The notes under the pieces were generated by a model. It was not told the DNA's origin. It searched no databases and saw only the letters and a list, made by a program, of their open reading frames with translations. This document shows, in pieces, positions 1 to 15,100 of a stretch of DNA of 64,000 nucleotides. Location of the stretch: assembly GCA_002189035.1 (NCBI GenBank), contig NEEC01000012.1, positions 2,666,001 to 2,730,000 on the forward strand. The letters are read 5' to 3'. The translations under genes were made by a program, and so were the position numbers. Within the stretch, counting starts at the first letter, position 1. Every line of letters begins with the position of its first letter. Origin of the DNA: Utricularia gibba (Eukaryota > Plantae > Magnoliophyta).

Positions 1-63
1 TTTATTTAGTGGACTAACAGTAAAAAATTTCTTTTTATTTCAATGATTTTATTTTGTTGAATC

Positions 64-234
64 TATATATATATATATATATATATATCTTGTAATAATA
101 TCTCATATTGATTAAAAATAAAGAAAATAACGTAATTAAAGAAATAAAATTCTTCATATCTCATACAAAGTCTTTTTTCTAGAAAGGGAAATGCAACGTA
201 AAGATTAAATGTTTGAATCAAATAATATGATATA

Positions 235-267
<33 letters not shown>
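64..267. repeat. Two (AT)n microsatellite tracts (about 64-88 and 240-267) in AT-rich intergenic DNA
   Basis: Directly visible dinucleotide runs. Confidence 0.9.
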
Positions 268-270
<3 letters not shown>

Positions 271-1002
271 GAAATTCTATGAAATTTCAATTATACCCTT
301 GAAATTTAGTAGAATTTCGATCATTAAATCTGATATTATATTCTATTTAGATCTTCCAATAACATATGTATTACTTATTTATATATAATAACTATTATAA
401 AATATATTAAAATTTAAAATAAAACTGGTTTTAAAAAAATTCTAATAAATTTATTTTTTATACAACTTGGTTAAATCTAAATTTTGAATAAAAAATATAT
501 ATTTTTAATTTTGGCCAACAGTAAAACACGGAATTGTGATTAATTTAAAACCCTAGATTTGAAATTAAAAATTATGGGGTATTGGAACCAACATGGAATA
601 AAGGGGCGTGGTAGGCGGCCGCGCCTGGTCCAGCGCCGTCGCTGTAGGCGTCGTAAGGTGGAACCAACCAACAGCCCTATGAGCTCGGGACCATTCCCCT
701 TCAATTGCCCAGGAACAAAAAACCAGCCCACTACTGCTTTAGCTCAGCTGCTCCCAGGACTCATGACACCCGCCCATCAATGGCTCAGGGTGAACTCAAC
801 ACATCACCGTGGATCTAATGGAATTCAACTGCGTAATCATGAGATTTGAGTTTCTGGGTCGAGGAGTAAGCAGCAGTACTACTGAAATATGCACATCGGC
901 TAAAGGGAATAGTACAGTGAGCTTAATGGGGACGCCTAGACTCATCATCTGTAGACTAGTACTACTGATATTGGCTTCCGCAATGGCAGCGAACGGTTTA
1001 TC

Positions 1003-2617
1003 TCATTTTCCTTGTGTCTCGTCGGGGGGGTTCTCCGCCGGCGCCGGAGGGGGGCTAGCGTCTGCTGCGGTGGTGGTCCTCTGTTGGGAGCTGATTTGCT
1101 CTGCTGTGAGAATGGGTTGACCGAAGAGGATGAAAGCAGGGGCAGTGGGATCAGCCTCTTTCTTTACTTCGCCTTTGTCGCCGGCCGCTGTGGCGTTCAC
1201 TCCTGGCTGGGAGTCGTTGCGTTTTACTGGTGGGAACCCGAGGCGGAGAAGCCTGGGTCCCTGTAAGCCGGCAGCAGAAATGTTATCTGGGAAGCAACAC
1301 AGGGGGCTGCTGGGGCTCAGGGGATTTCCGATGAGCATAGGAAGGTGAAGAGGGAAGTCGAGTGGAGGTTCGAGGAGCCGGGGGCGCTTCAGCACTGGAG
1401 GAAGATGAGGATGTGGGAAGTCAGGGATGAGTGGATCGAGCACGAGTTCAACTTGCCATGGATTGACGCCATCCACGTTTTGCAGAAAATCTGGCTCATC
1501 CCAAGTCACCTGCAATTGGATTCAGTTTCAGTAAAAAGGAAGAAAAAGTTTCAATTCAGAGATGAATCTGCGTTACCTGAAGAAGCTTCCATGGGGAGGC
1601 GGGCCAATGGACTGGATCGTGAACCTGAGGTGATGAGACAGTGCCCATAAACCAGCTTGTTCTTAGCGAATCCTCTGTCTCGAAAGCCATCCTGATTCTC
1701 ATCCCGGTGCACCATTGGACAAACAGAGAAGCTCTTACAGCTGAAGCAGACACGACGAACTCCGGCGTGCCTGCACGGGGGTAGTAGACGACTTCGAATG
1801 GCTGCCGATTTGCAGCCAGCCGGACGGACTCGAGGACAGATTCAGGGGTCCTTTTTACATGGCCCCCTTTCACAGTGTTGCCGGTTTGTGGAAGAAAATC
1901 AGGGAACAATGCTCTGTAAGAGGCGGCATTAAGTATCGGAAGCATTTTCTTTCTCCGAACTCCTATATACATTTCCCCATTCTCCATTTTCACAAAGACC
2001 ACTGAATCGCCCGCAATAAGGCGCTTCTGATTCACGAAGGCGTTCCAGCCGGACGTTAAGAGATGCCGCCGCGGCGTTCCTCTGTAAATATGCCGAAATT
2101 TCCAAGTCACGCCGTGGATATCTTTAGCGGAGATGGTTTGAACCGGAGGCTCGACGGTGGTTTCCAGCTTCGGAAAAATGGATTCAGCGCAGAATCTTGG
2201 AACAGATAAACCACCGCCGTTATTAGCATCCGATTGCGTTAACGTCTTGGAGAAGGACTCAGTTTTCTTCCTTTCCCCATTACGATCAAATGCAAGAAAC
2301 CCATTTCCGTCAACGGCGAAATCGACTTCCGTCCCTTGAAAGGGGATCAACCCAATTTTCGCGTATACCTCGTCATTCTCAGCATCCGCCAAATACTTTA
2401 CCCAGGACACAGTACAGGGGACCAGCGGCGGAACCCTCGGAAAACCTGCGAAATCAACTTTCTCGAGAGCATGCTCCGCGTGCCCTTGTGGGAAATAATA
2501 CACCGTCGAATTCTCCGGCGGCATCTCAGAAATCCCGCCGGCGCACGCCGCCCATAGCTGCGGATTCATCCCTCTCTCCTCCGCCTCCTCCTCCTTGCGA
2601 TTCATCACATTAATCAT
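1003..2617 (-). CDS. Auxin response factor, ARF10/16/17 (miR160-targeted) clade; 2 exons (2617-1577, 1509-1003); B3 and ARF domains, no PB1 found
   Basis: QLWAACAGG, VYYFPQGHAEH, KTLTQSDANNGGG, WKFRHIYRGTPRRHLLTSGW, WKLLQ|VTWDEP, LFGQPILT motifs; 67-bp GT-AG intron 1576-1510; start taken at MINVMN (2617). Confidence 0.93.
1250..1270 (-). promoter_or_regulatory. Degenerate miR160 target site in ARF exon 2
   Basis: Minus strand CGGCTTACAGGGACCCAGGCT versus perfect complement TGGCATACAGGGAGCCAGGCA: 17/21 identical, at the position expected for this clade. Confidence 0.85.
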
Positions 2618-4464
2618 CGCCCCAGTTTTCCCGTTTCCCCCCTGGAATCTCTCCACAAAACAAACTAAGTCATTCACTCTGAAATTCAAAACCCAAATCT
2701 TACTGGAACCCCAGAAAATGCGAAACAGAAGTGAGAGTAGAGAAACAACCCAAACCAGTCGGTTATATTTATAAGGGGAGAATACGAAAGAAAAACTGCC
2801 AACTGACATGGCAAGAGAAAGAGAAATGGATAGAAACAGGGGACAAGACAGAGATGGCGAAAGCTACAGTCATCCACACACAGGAGGGAAACAGAGAGTT
2901 CACAGTTCATACAATACACCCAACTCCAGATTTCCAGTACATACACCCGCAGTATCCAACCATGTACGAAAACGAAGACAGTAACCGACACCTGAAAGCT
3001 TCCTTCTTGCCGACCAGAAGGTGGCATGCCTCTCCTCCCCAAAGCCTTCCCCTTTATGCTGTCCCCACTGGCTACTCCCCGCGATTCTACCAACAACCAA
3101 ATACAGTAAATAATAATATTCAAATAAAATAATGTTATTCTTAAATACAATATATTTTTATATAAATTAACTAAATCTTTAATTATACGATATTATTCAT
3201 TTTGAACAACTTAGAAAAATTATCATACAACATTAAAGATTCGCTATATAAACTCTAATCAATATAATATTCTACTAATTAGTTTCAACTCTTACTTGGG
3301 TTGGTCTATCACTTTTGTATTGAATGAGAAGGATGTTTATATGCGGGTTTTATTTATTATTAAAAATAATTAAAGTCTTCAATTAATCCTGACACCCGTG
3401 TCGCGTGTCGGCTGTTTTCTTCCCTTCTACTTGACCTTTCATACCCAAAATAACAACCAACGTCCAGGTTCGGGATGCAATTATGACTAGATTCATTTGA
3501 GGTAATTTATTAAAATAATGGAAATTTATTTTTAATATTCGCAATTCAAACTGGAGGAGGAAGTTTGTGTTGGTTGGACTTTTGTATTTATTCCAGTAAC
3601 GGCTTTCAAATCATTATCCGTACTCATTATTATTGTACTAGATTTAATTATCAGCAATGTTTTCAAATAATTATTTTCATGGAATTTTATATTTGTATTT
3701 TTTTTTTAATATATATAGAATATATAATTTTTTAATCATATATTTTTATGGAACAGAATTTAGTTGCAACTATTTCATTAGATACGAAATAAATAATTAC
3801 TTGAACTATTTTTGACTATCTGATGAAACTAGTAGTATCGGTAACATATAATAAATTATAATTTTAAAGATTTTATTTTATTCATTTAATATCTAGCATA
3901 AATATAGTGTTTTCCACGTGGAAATATTTAAAATTATTTTAATTATAACCCTATGTAATTTGTGTTAAATTATTGTTTTAATTTTTAAATTAGGGAAATT
4001 TATAAATAAAGAGTAACAAGGTAGAGCACGTGTCCACAAGGTCCATCTGAGATTCCCGGCTTTGGGCTTTCGGCCCAAGACCAAATCAGTTCTGTGTCAT
4101 TTTCTTTTTGTGCCTTTTTTGAAAACAAAAAGAAAAATAAACACAATATTGCTCGGATCGTATCCGTCAAGTTCCCACGTGTCCGTGTCCGCGTCCGCGA
4201 GTCCGGGAGCACGTATAACGCCGTCTAGAAGAACCAAAGTTCAGAGGCTTTGTTGAAATATAAACTTTTTTATAATTAAAATTCTAAAAATATTGATTTG
4301 ATGGGGCCCACTTTTGAACTAATTAAGATACAAACCTACCCCTTGACTTGTGATTGACGATACGACGGCGTTCTGAAAACCTCGCCCTTTCCTTTGCGCG
4401 CGGCCGGAGTGCAGACACGTTTGCCCTCTCTTCGAGCTCCTGAATGGTTTTCCTTTTCTTCAAA

Positions 4465-5748
4465 ATGTGCAAACCCGGGAAAAAGGAAGTGAAGCAAGTT
4501 CCTGAAGCAGCATCTTGCTCTCACTCATCATCGTCTCTCGCTTCCTCTTCGTCTGCCACAAAATCCAAGAAATCCGATCCCAAATCCGGCGCTTCTTCAT
4601 CCGGGTCCAACGATTTCTTGATACCCGATACGGCTGCAACCGCGAGTTTCTTTTTACCGGATCACAGTAACTACTCTCGCGGTGCGTTCGTCAAATCCCT
4701 TGCCAGCATTCGCGAATCCATTATCCCTGATCAATCCCACATCTTTGATTTCCGAGAAATTTCCGCTGCGACCAGTAATTTAAGGCTGAAGCCCCATTCT
4801 TCAACCGCATCCTCCGTGTCGTGGCGCTGCAACATTCGAGATAATGATGTCATCGTTTTTCAGCGGAGATTCCGGCGCCAGATGGAGATGTCGGAGATAA
4901 TGAGTCGTCTTTCGGTAATCTGCAAGAGTCATCATTCTAGTTTGGTGAGGTTGAGAGGTGCATCTGTTTGTGATAGTTACATTTATTTGGTCTACGATTA
5001 TGCTTCTGGTGCGAGCCTCGCCTCTTGCCTGAGGAATCCCAAGAATCCCCAATTCACTGTGCTATCGAGTTGGATGTCACGAGTTGTGATTGCTTCTAAT
5101 GTCGCTGATGGGTTGGATTACATTCATAATTGCACTGGTTTGGGATTCGTGTTCGTGCATAATCATCTGAAGAGCAGTAGCATCATCGTCTCTGAACCGG
5201 AATTAACCGCAAAGATCTGTCATTTGGGGACATCGGAGCTTTGTGGGGAGATCAGAGAAACAACCCAGAACCCCAAAGAGCTCAAAAGATCAAACAGCAA
5301 GATGAGCAAGTTCCAAGGAACCAGAGGGTACATGGCCCCCGAGTTTCAACAAAATGGGATCATCACACAGAAGTGTGATGTATATGCATTTGGGGTTGTC
5401 ATTCTAGAGCTGTTATCCGGAATGAAACCTCTGGAACACATCTACAACGAGGATACTCGGAGCTACCTGAGGATTTCGGTGGTGGAAACGGCGAGGAAGG
5501 CGGTGGCGAAGCAGGACGGATACGGGGTGAGGGAATGGATAGATCGGAGGTTGCGCGACTCATTCCCAGTGGAAGTAGCTGAGAAGCTGACACGTTTGGC
5601 GGTGGAGTGCGTGTCGGAGGAGGCGTGTCGTCGTCCCCACATGGAGAAGGTGGCGACCATGATCTCACATCTGCTATTGGAATCGCAGAGCTGGGCGCAG
5701 GGCATGAACATGCCTACTGATATCAGCTTCTCCATTGGACCAAGATGA
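4465..5748 (+). CDS. Receptor-like cytoplasmic kinase related to LysM-RLK kinase domains (no LysM or TM domain), intronless, probable pseudokinase
   Basis: Ser-rich N-terminus then kinase fold: YIYLVYDY, HNHLKSSSII (HRD position), ICHLG (DFG position), GTRGYMAPEF, DVYAFGVVILELLSG. Start taken at MCK (4465); ORF opens at 4444. Confidence 0.88.
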   Translation: MCKPGKKEVKQVPEAASCSHSSSSLASSSSATKSKKSDPKSGASSSGSNDFLIPDTAATASFFLPDHSNYSRGAFVKSLASIRESIIPDQSHIFDFREISAATSNLRLKPHSSTASSVSWRCNIRDNDVIVFQRRFRRQMEMSEIMSRLSVICKSHHSSLVRLRGASVCDSYIYLVYDYASGASLASCLRNPKNPQFTVLSSWMSRVVIASNVADGLDYIHNCTGLGFVFVHNHLKSSSIIVSEPELTAKICHLGTSELCGEIRETTQNPKELKRSNSKMSKFQGTRGYMAPEFQQNGIITQKCDVYAFGVVILELLSGMKPLEHIYNEDTRSYLRISVVETARKAVAKQDGYGVREWIDRRLRDSFPVEVAEKLTRLAVECVSEEACRRPHMEKVATMISHLLLESQSWAQGMNMPTDISFSIGPR

Positions 5749-6085
5749 CGCTGATGCAGTCGTGTAGGAAAACTGATTATTTTGTAAAAATAATAATATA
5801 ACATAAAATAATTAAATGTATTTTAATGATATTTATCTTATATAATTATTTAGAATATATAATCAAATAATTTATTAAATTGAATATATTCATTTTTTTC
5901 AATGATTTATTTATTTATATAATAAATCTTATTTTTCCAATTATAAAAAATAAATAATTCAATACCAAATTTGTATTCACCGGCATTCCGGTTTCGGCTG
6001 CCTGGAGGACACGACTGTGAAGAAATCAAGATAGATAAGGGGGCGATCGGCGACGCCCTGTCTTCAATTCCACGGGTCGAGAGCA

Positions 6086-8325
<2,240 letters not shown>

Positions 8326-9729
8326 AACTTGATCCTGGTAACAGATTTCTGTGATTCCTTTAATTTATTCTGGACGCTGCCACAGGGCAACTGTTCTCCT
8401 GGCATTTTTTGAGAAAATCTTGCAAATGTATAATGCAGGTGGTTGCAAATTGATACTGCAGATGACACTCATGTGGGACAACGTTGAAATAACTCTCTCA
8501 AGCAGGATTCAGAGTAGTTTTTGGCTCCATACTTCCGAATCAGCAGCATTCAGTATCTTTGCAGGTGAAAATATCATAGACAGGATACATCACAGGCGTA
8601 AAAAACACTGTTTAAAATGTGAACTCAAGGGTGTGGACAGCAGTTTCTCAGCAGACGTTATAAATTTGCCTGCTTCTGTTATTTCCCATCGCCATTTTTT
8701 TGAACATCAGACTCTTGATGAGTCAAACCGCGCTGATTGTAAGCATGAGGATGATACACCAAGGTGCAAGTACCCGGTAGCTATGAACATATACCTCAGA
8801 TACAACTGAAAACATAAATCCCCAAATGACTGATTTTTCTTGGGTAAAGGAGCCAACGGACTCATGAATATGAAAGTGTCCGTTGTCAAGTGGATGCAAG
8901 ATCTCATGTCTGATGGGATAGGAATAGGATAGCCATTCTGCAGCATTTTTTTTGCTGCAAGAGGAAGTTCTGTGTAACTTAAACCAAGACAAGGCTTTTT
9001 TCCTTGACCAACACGCTCTGGAACTATGACTCCCAAGGTTCAAAAAATACTCTTCCGTTGTTTTCCCTGATCCATGATGTACAACAGTAAGACCCCTTCT
9101 GCTGTAAGTCTAGAATCATCAAGCATCCTTCAAAGAGAGTTAGTCGTTGCTGGACCAAGCAAAACAGAGACATGGGAGTAAGCTTTATTGCCTAAGACTG
9201 CGGCTGGTTATCAGAATAGGAGTGCACGTGGTTGGGTGACAGTTACACACCCCCGATGACAGGAAATAATCTTACACATCCTAAACAGAAGGTGCCTTGT
9301 GATTTGGTTTGTTCAAAATTCAACGTCTATGGAGAGCTGAATAATATAAGGTGCCAATGGCACATAGAAGGGATAGATAAGCTTGGCATTATCATAGGGG
9401 AGTGTTAAAGATGACTTTTTGAGATCCCCCACTACAGAGCTTTGGTCAACTCCTCTACCCACAACAATAGATTATAAATATTCGGTTCATTAATTTCCGC
9501 AGCTTTCTAACCTGAAGGAGAGATCAGCCCATCTCACAGAACGGCTCTGTCTCTGCGGAGAGGTTTTCTATGTTTGCCCTTCGTCAATTAATGTAACTGT
9601 TTTTGGTACTGATAATGGAAGCTCTGTCTACCCTACGCAACCCAAGCCTACGAAACTCCTCCCATCTTGGGGGTTTTGGGTTCTGTTGAGCAGCATTTTG
9701 TATCAGGATCAAGAAAAACGTAGGAGTAA

Positions 9730-11623
9730 ATGGGTAGAAGGGGTAGTGAATGGGAACCTTCCAGATTTGGCAGTCTTATGCTTCTGTTGATGGGCCTGGT
9801 TTCTCTCAGTGTAATATTCATTTTCATGTCGATCGCATACAGAACACCGATCTCTGCTTCATCGATCAGTTCAAAGATCGAGCCTTTGATTGGTTTAGAT
9901 GGCGGTTTTGGAAGAAGTGGCAGCAATTTACAGAGTGACGGAACCTGCTGTAAGGGAATTCAAAATATGGAGCTTTGGGGTGCGGCTCTCAAATGGGGAG
10001 CAGATTTCAAAGTCAACTCTTCGGAGGAGTGCTGCAGGGCTTGCACTGCACTCTGCCCTCCTAAAAATGGGATCTGTGAGTGCAATTCGTGGGTATTTTG
10101 CGGAGATAAGGAGAAATGTGGGACGAGATATGGAGAAGTGAGTTTATGCTTGTTTATGTATTCCTTCGTTTCACAGTTAGATTTACTGGATTTTCCATTC
10201 CATGTGCTGGTAAAGATTTCCTTGCACTGTTCATGCTGCTTTAATATCAACATGATGCAAAAATCTTTTTTTTTCATTGCTACAATGATCCAGTGTTCTT
10301 TTCACATATTTCAAACCATGCATCACTTGCTTACTCTATCATAGAGTCTTTCACAGTCTACTCCATGTCTGATCAACAAGTCTAATCCATCCTTAACACA
10401 GCGGTTATGGGAATAAGCTTTCCTCTGTTTTATGCTTTCTCATGAGAAGAGTTGGGAAGCTGCCTAGTGAACCTTTCTTTGGGGGCACTAGGGAGGGAAA
10501 CCGCTGGATGTTGGTAGTTTTTCTAGTAGTGACTTGAAGACAGGGATCCAGAGTTACATGTCATGGAGTTGAGGATTTGCATATACTGCATCAAGGCAAC
10601 TGTTCTCCTTTTTGTGTTTGTTTTCCAGTGCTGGCTAAAGAAACAGAAGGATGTCCTTGCTCCAGAAAAGCAGGAATCAGGAAGCGCAAATATGTGGACT
10701 TCTGGCCTCATTTTTGGAAGTGAAGAGGTACTGAGTAGTTTCATCATAGGCATCTTATTTGTGAGATTGAGCTTGTTCTGTGTCCATTTTCATGCAGACT
10801 TTCTTGATAACTCGCTTATTCTCCAATGTCAAATCTGTCTGATGGATGAACACTTGAATCCTCTTTCTTCTCCCCAGGGCATTGTTGCTATGGAAACGGA
10901 GCACGGCACGTTTCGCATCAAGGTATAAACCATACCCTTTAGCAGCAAAAGAATGTAAATCTAGAGATGTTAACTTTTGCGGAGAATTCTGAGGAGGATC
11001 ATGTGGGAAGATAGAAGAGAGGCAGGGACATATCATCATATTTTTGTATTCAGTGTTGTTGATTCAGGCTCTTCTCTTTTTCAGCTCTTTCCTGAATGCT
11101 CCCCTCATTCAGTTGCCTACATCTTGGAGGTTCTGGCTCAGGGCAGGTGCGCCGGTTGCCACTTTTTCCGAGCAGAAAGTCGCGGTGGCTCTTGGGATCT
11201 CAACGGAGATCACATCAGAGATGTAAGTAAGCCTCTGAGTTGTTCTGATGTGCATTCCCTCAGTAGCATTTCCTTCAGCTCACAAAAATGAAAACACAGG
11301 CCTCTTTCGGCCCTCCGTTCGCACTGATTCAAGGTATGTTCGAGTATACCGGACCACCAGAAAACAGCATCCCTGAGCATTGTCCCTCCATAACAAGGGG
11401 ATCGATAGCATGGGTCGGTTCCGATTCCGGTTCGGAATTCTTGATCAGCCTGGCAAATCATCAAGAATGGAGAAAGCCTTACACTGTGTTCGGTTCAGTT
11501 CTTCCGGAGGACATTGTGATTGCAGAGAAAATATCTCAGTTGGCCACCAAGCCTGAACTATGGAGCAACATCACTGTTCAGGTTCTACAGAATTTTGTAC
11601 CGTTTAAGATCCACAGAGTCTGA
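9730..11623 (+). CDS. Type II membrane protein with PAN/apple-like Cys domain and cyclophilin-like C-terminal domain, about 5 exons
   Basis: TM segment, then ELWGAALKWG, ECCRACT, CNSWVFCGDKEKC, CWLKKQ; later ETEHGTFRIK|LFPECSPHSV and EFLISLANHQEW...YTVFGSV; GT-AG junctions join in frame. Confidence 0.85.
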
Positions 11624-12113
11624 GGTTTCAGAGAACCTTTTCTTCTAACATCAAATGAAAGTTAACCCCACACAGTACTCATAAATCAAAACAATGTCAT
11701 GTATCTGCTACTTCCTATGATTGCCCATAGAATTCAGGCTTGAAGACTGGTTCCTGGAGATGAGCAAATCACAATAAAGTGTTCCCACAGATCGACTACC
11801 TGATTATCCTTCATTATTATAAGCCTTGGATAAAGGTCTTTTCTAATAATTGGTGTTGTACTTTAATTCCACTTCAGACAACTACCTCATATTCAGTCTG
11901 AACACAGATCCCTGTGAAGGATGAATGCGTACGGGCTGAGGATCGTTTAATGTAATGCAAGAGTGCTCCTGAGGGAAATAAATACTTTCACAATAAACAG
12001 AAAAAAGAATTACAAAATTGAATCTATACCATGTGAACAGGATAAGAAAGCAAGTACTCGAGGACAGATATAAAAGAATCATATGCACAACGTACACCCT
12101 ATCACTTGAATCT

Positions 12114-15100
12114 TCAATGGTGCAAACTCTCTGCAAGACGATCCTGGGCATCATCAGGAATTTCTCTACCGGGGACCCGGACCTTCAAAAGATTTACATA
12201 CCTGCAGATTCAAGTAGTGTGTTACAGATGGTATCCAAAGTTTCTTCAACTGTCGAAATTTACGGATAGCTCACTCTGCAGTGGTAAAGAGGTGTTTGTG
12301 CTCCGCAATGGAAGCAAGCAATGCCTGGTCGATGGGAGAAAAGTTTGCTTAAAGAGAGGCATGGTGAAGAAAAGGGTGAAAGATGAGGAAAAAAAAAACT
12401 TGGATTTTTACCTCAAAGGGCAGGTTCAGCAATTCGTAGTATGTTCTAACACGATCTAATCTCTTCTGTACTACGTCAGTATCAATAGAAGAAATGGCGA
12501 CCAGAGCCTATACAATGGTTCCGTATAATAAGTTCCAACTACCCACGGCCTATGCACAAACCATCTTTTGATAGATATAGAAACAATTACTTAGAGCAAT
12601 TTCAGAGCTCGCAGATCCACAAGTGATGGGAAATTTATGTCTACCACATTTCATGACGTTCACCCATAAAAAAATTCTGATATGCGTAGGATCAAGTTTC
12701 AGATTGTCAAGATTATCACTTTCAAGTTACAGTATTGACACCATACCAGAAATAAACAGCAAAGTGAAGAATAAGAATGAGGGAACACTCTAAAATCATA
12801 CCTGTTCTAGAGCAATTGAATTGCGACAGATCTGCTGAACACCAAAGAGGTTAATAGACTTCATTTCAGCCAATGCCTACGAAGAAGTGATCAATGTATA
12901 CATTAGATGATAATAACACATAAATATCATAGAATATATTCTCATCAAGTTAAATTAAAACCTTTATGGACAAGTTCGCTGCAATATAACTTATCCCTCC
13001 AAATATGTAATTCCTTTTCACATCATCGGTAAATCGCAACATCTCCTCATCTCGGCGTGTTAACTACAGCAAATAAAATGAAAACTTCAGCTGATGAAAA
13101 AATATTCTGTAGTAACATGCTATCTCAAACAAGAAATTGAGATTCAATAAAGAAATACCATAAATAAATTAACCGCAGAGCTTATGAGATTTCATTAATT
13201 CTTAACATTGTCCTATACTTTGTCGGTGCAGCCCAAATAAAAAATCACATGCTATCTTCAAATAAGAAAAGTTGAATTCAAGAAAAATAACGCACCTGAG
13301 AAACCAGTGATATCACAAAGTCATCAGGCTCCTCCACGTCTTCATCAACCAAATACTCCCTGTTCATCACCTCCTACAAGAGTTTTAACATTTTTGGAAG
13401 CAAAAAATATTCAAGCTCAGAAGTTTTTTTGTAATAGAGCTCATCTAAAATACAAATCAGGTGTTACATACCTGTAAGTGGAAAACAGTTTCCAGCTGCA
13501 TTTCTATCCGTAAAACCTTGAGGCAATCGGTTGCCAATTTTTTATACTCATCAGCGAATAATGTGAGATCTCTTGGGGTGTTGCTCCAGTGTGATGATTC
13601 GGTTTCTGTGTTCCATTTTCTTCAAGATGACCATAGGCTCTAGAACATGATTTACCTAGCCTAAAGTAGATTGACATTATGTTGTAAGCAACCTGAAGGA
13701 GCGCATTCTCAAATTAGACAGGACTTGAGAGTGTGGAGTTATGGTAGCTTACCTTTCTATTGATTCAGCCATGTACTCCAGTGAATCACTCAACGAAGCC
13801 AGCAAAATAAGTTTGTTATCATCCCGAATCAAGTTTTCCTGCAGGAAGCAAAAATGGAACAAATTTGGAGTTAAGGAAATTTCCAAGATCTTCATGGATT
13901 TTAAACCTGAATTGGACTTCATTTCCCGTACAAACAATCGTGGAAGCAAATTTAAGTGAAAACTACCTGCTTGACAGGTCGTAAACTTAGCAATATGTCA
14001 GTCAATTGCTTTTCTACAGTAGACTCAGCATCAGCACCACTGGTTTCTCCATTTTGTTGATGCACTGTAACTGGTAAACAAGAACTAGCTGGATCAAGTC
14101 GTAGCAGATTATCAATGTCATGTCTCCCGATAAGCATGTAGCTCTGCTTTTCAAGAACCGCCTGATATTTCAAACACAGAAAAATATATCCTCAAACCCC
14201 TGCTCCCAAGAAGGATCCAAAAATTTAAATAGCAAGCTCATGGAGTCATCGCAAGCAAAGTTAAATACTTCTTGCATACCTATGATATAAAATTTAAATA
14301 GTAAACTCATAGAGTGATTGATGTACCTCCATGTATGATGTCCGGCATCTTTCATATGTTCTCTCAAGAAATGTTTGCACATAATTGATAAGATCCCCAG
14401 AAAATTTTGGCATAGTTTGAGCCCAGGTAAGTACCTAGTTGGAAGGCATTATGTGAAAATAAACAATTTCATTTTGCATTCTGATAAACTCAATAAATCT
14501 ATATATGACGTAGCATCAGAATACCTCCTTTGCTAAGAAATCTATAGCTAGCAATCCCTGTAAAATAGGACGTCCCTTCTCAACTGATGAAGTGTAGGCA
14601 GATGCTACATTAGCTCGAGGACGAAATGCAGCAGGGCCTGTTTGCAGATGTCAGAATGGTAGATGAAAAAATTAGACTGGTGTATAAACATTAACCAAAT
14701 CAGAAATATCCAAGATTTCAAGACAATGGCAATGTATTTAATAGGCCAATAAGATTTAACTAATAGGACTTGCTTGATATGGCTTGTTGCACACTTTCCC
14801 GATAATCAACAAACAATTTGGGCAAAAAGTGATCCTTGATGAAGTTATCCATAAATGCCAGCAATCCATCGTTGCTGCAAAAAATTCAAACCATCGCATA
14901 GCAAAAACATGATAAGGTGAAAAAAATAGCCAAAACTATTTTACATTACATATGGATTTCTACTGATCAGACTACCAAAACTCAATGCACAAAACAGCCA
15001 CCTTCATATTTAAATCCTAAGGGAACTTACACTTGACAAACAAATATGCTCAAGTTTGTTCAAGCATCCACGGGCATGAGAAAGTTATAAGGAAAATCTC

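Noticed and set aside
2686-3150. 154-aa and 133-aa ORFs upstream of the ARF
   Set aside because: Low-complexity, UTR/promoter-like sequence with no family motif.
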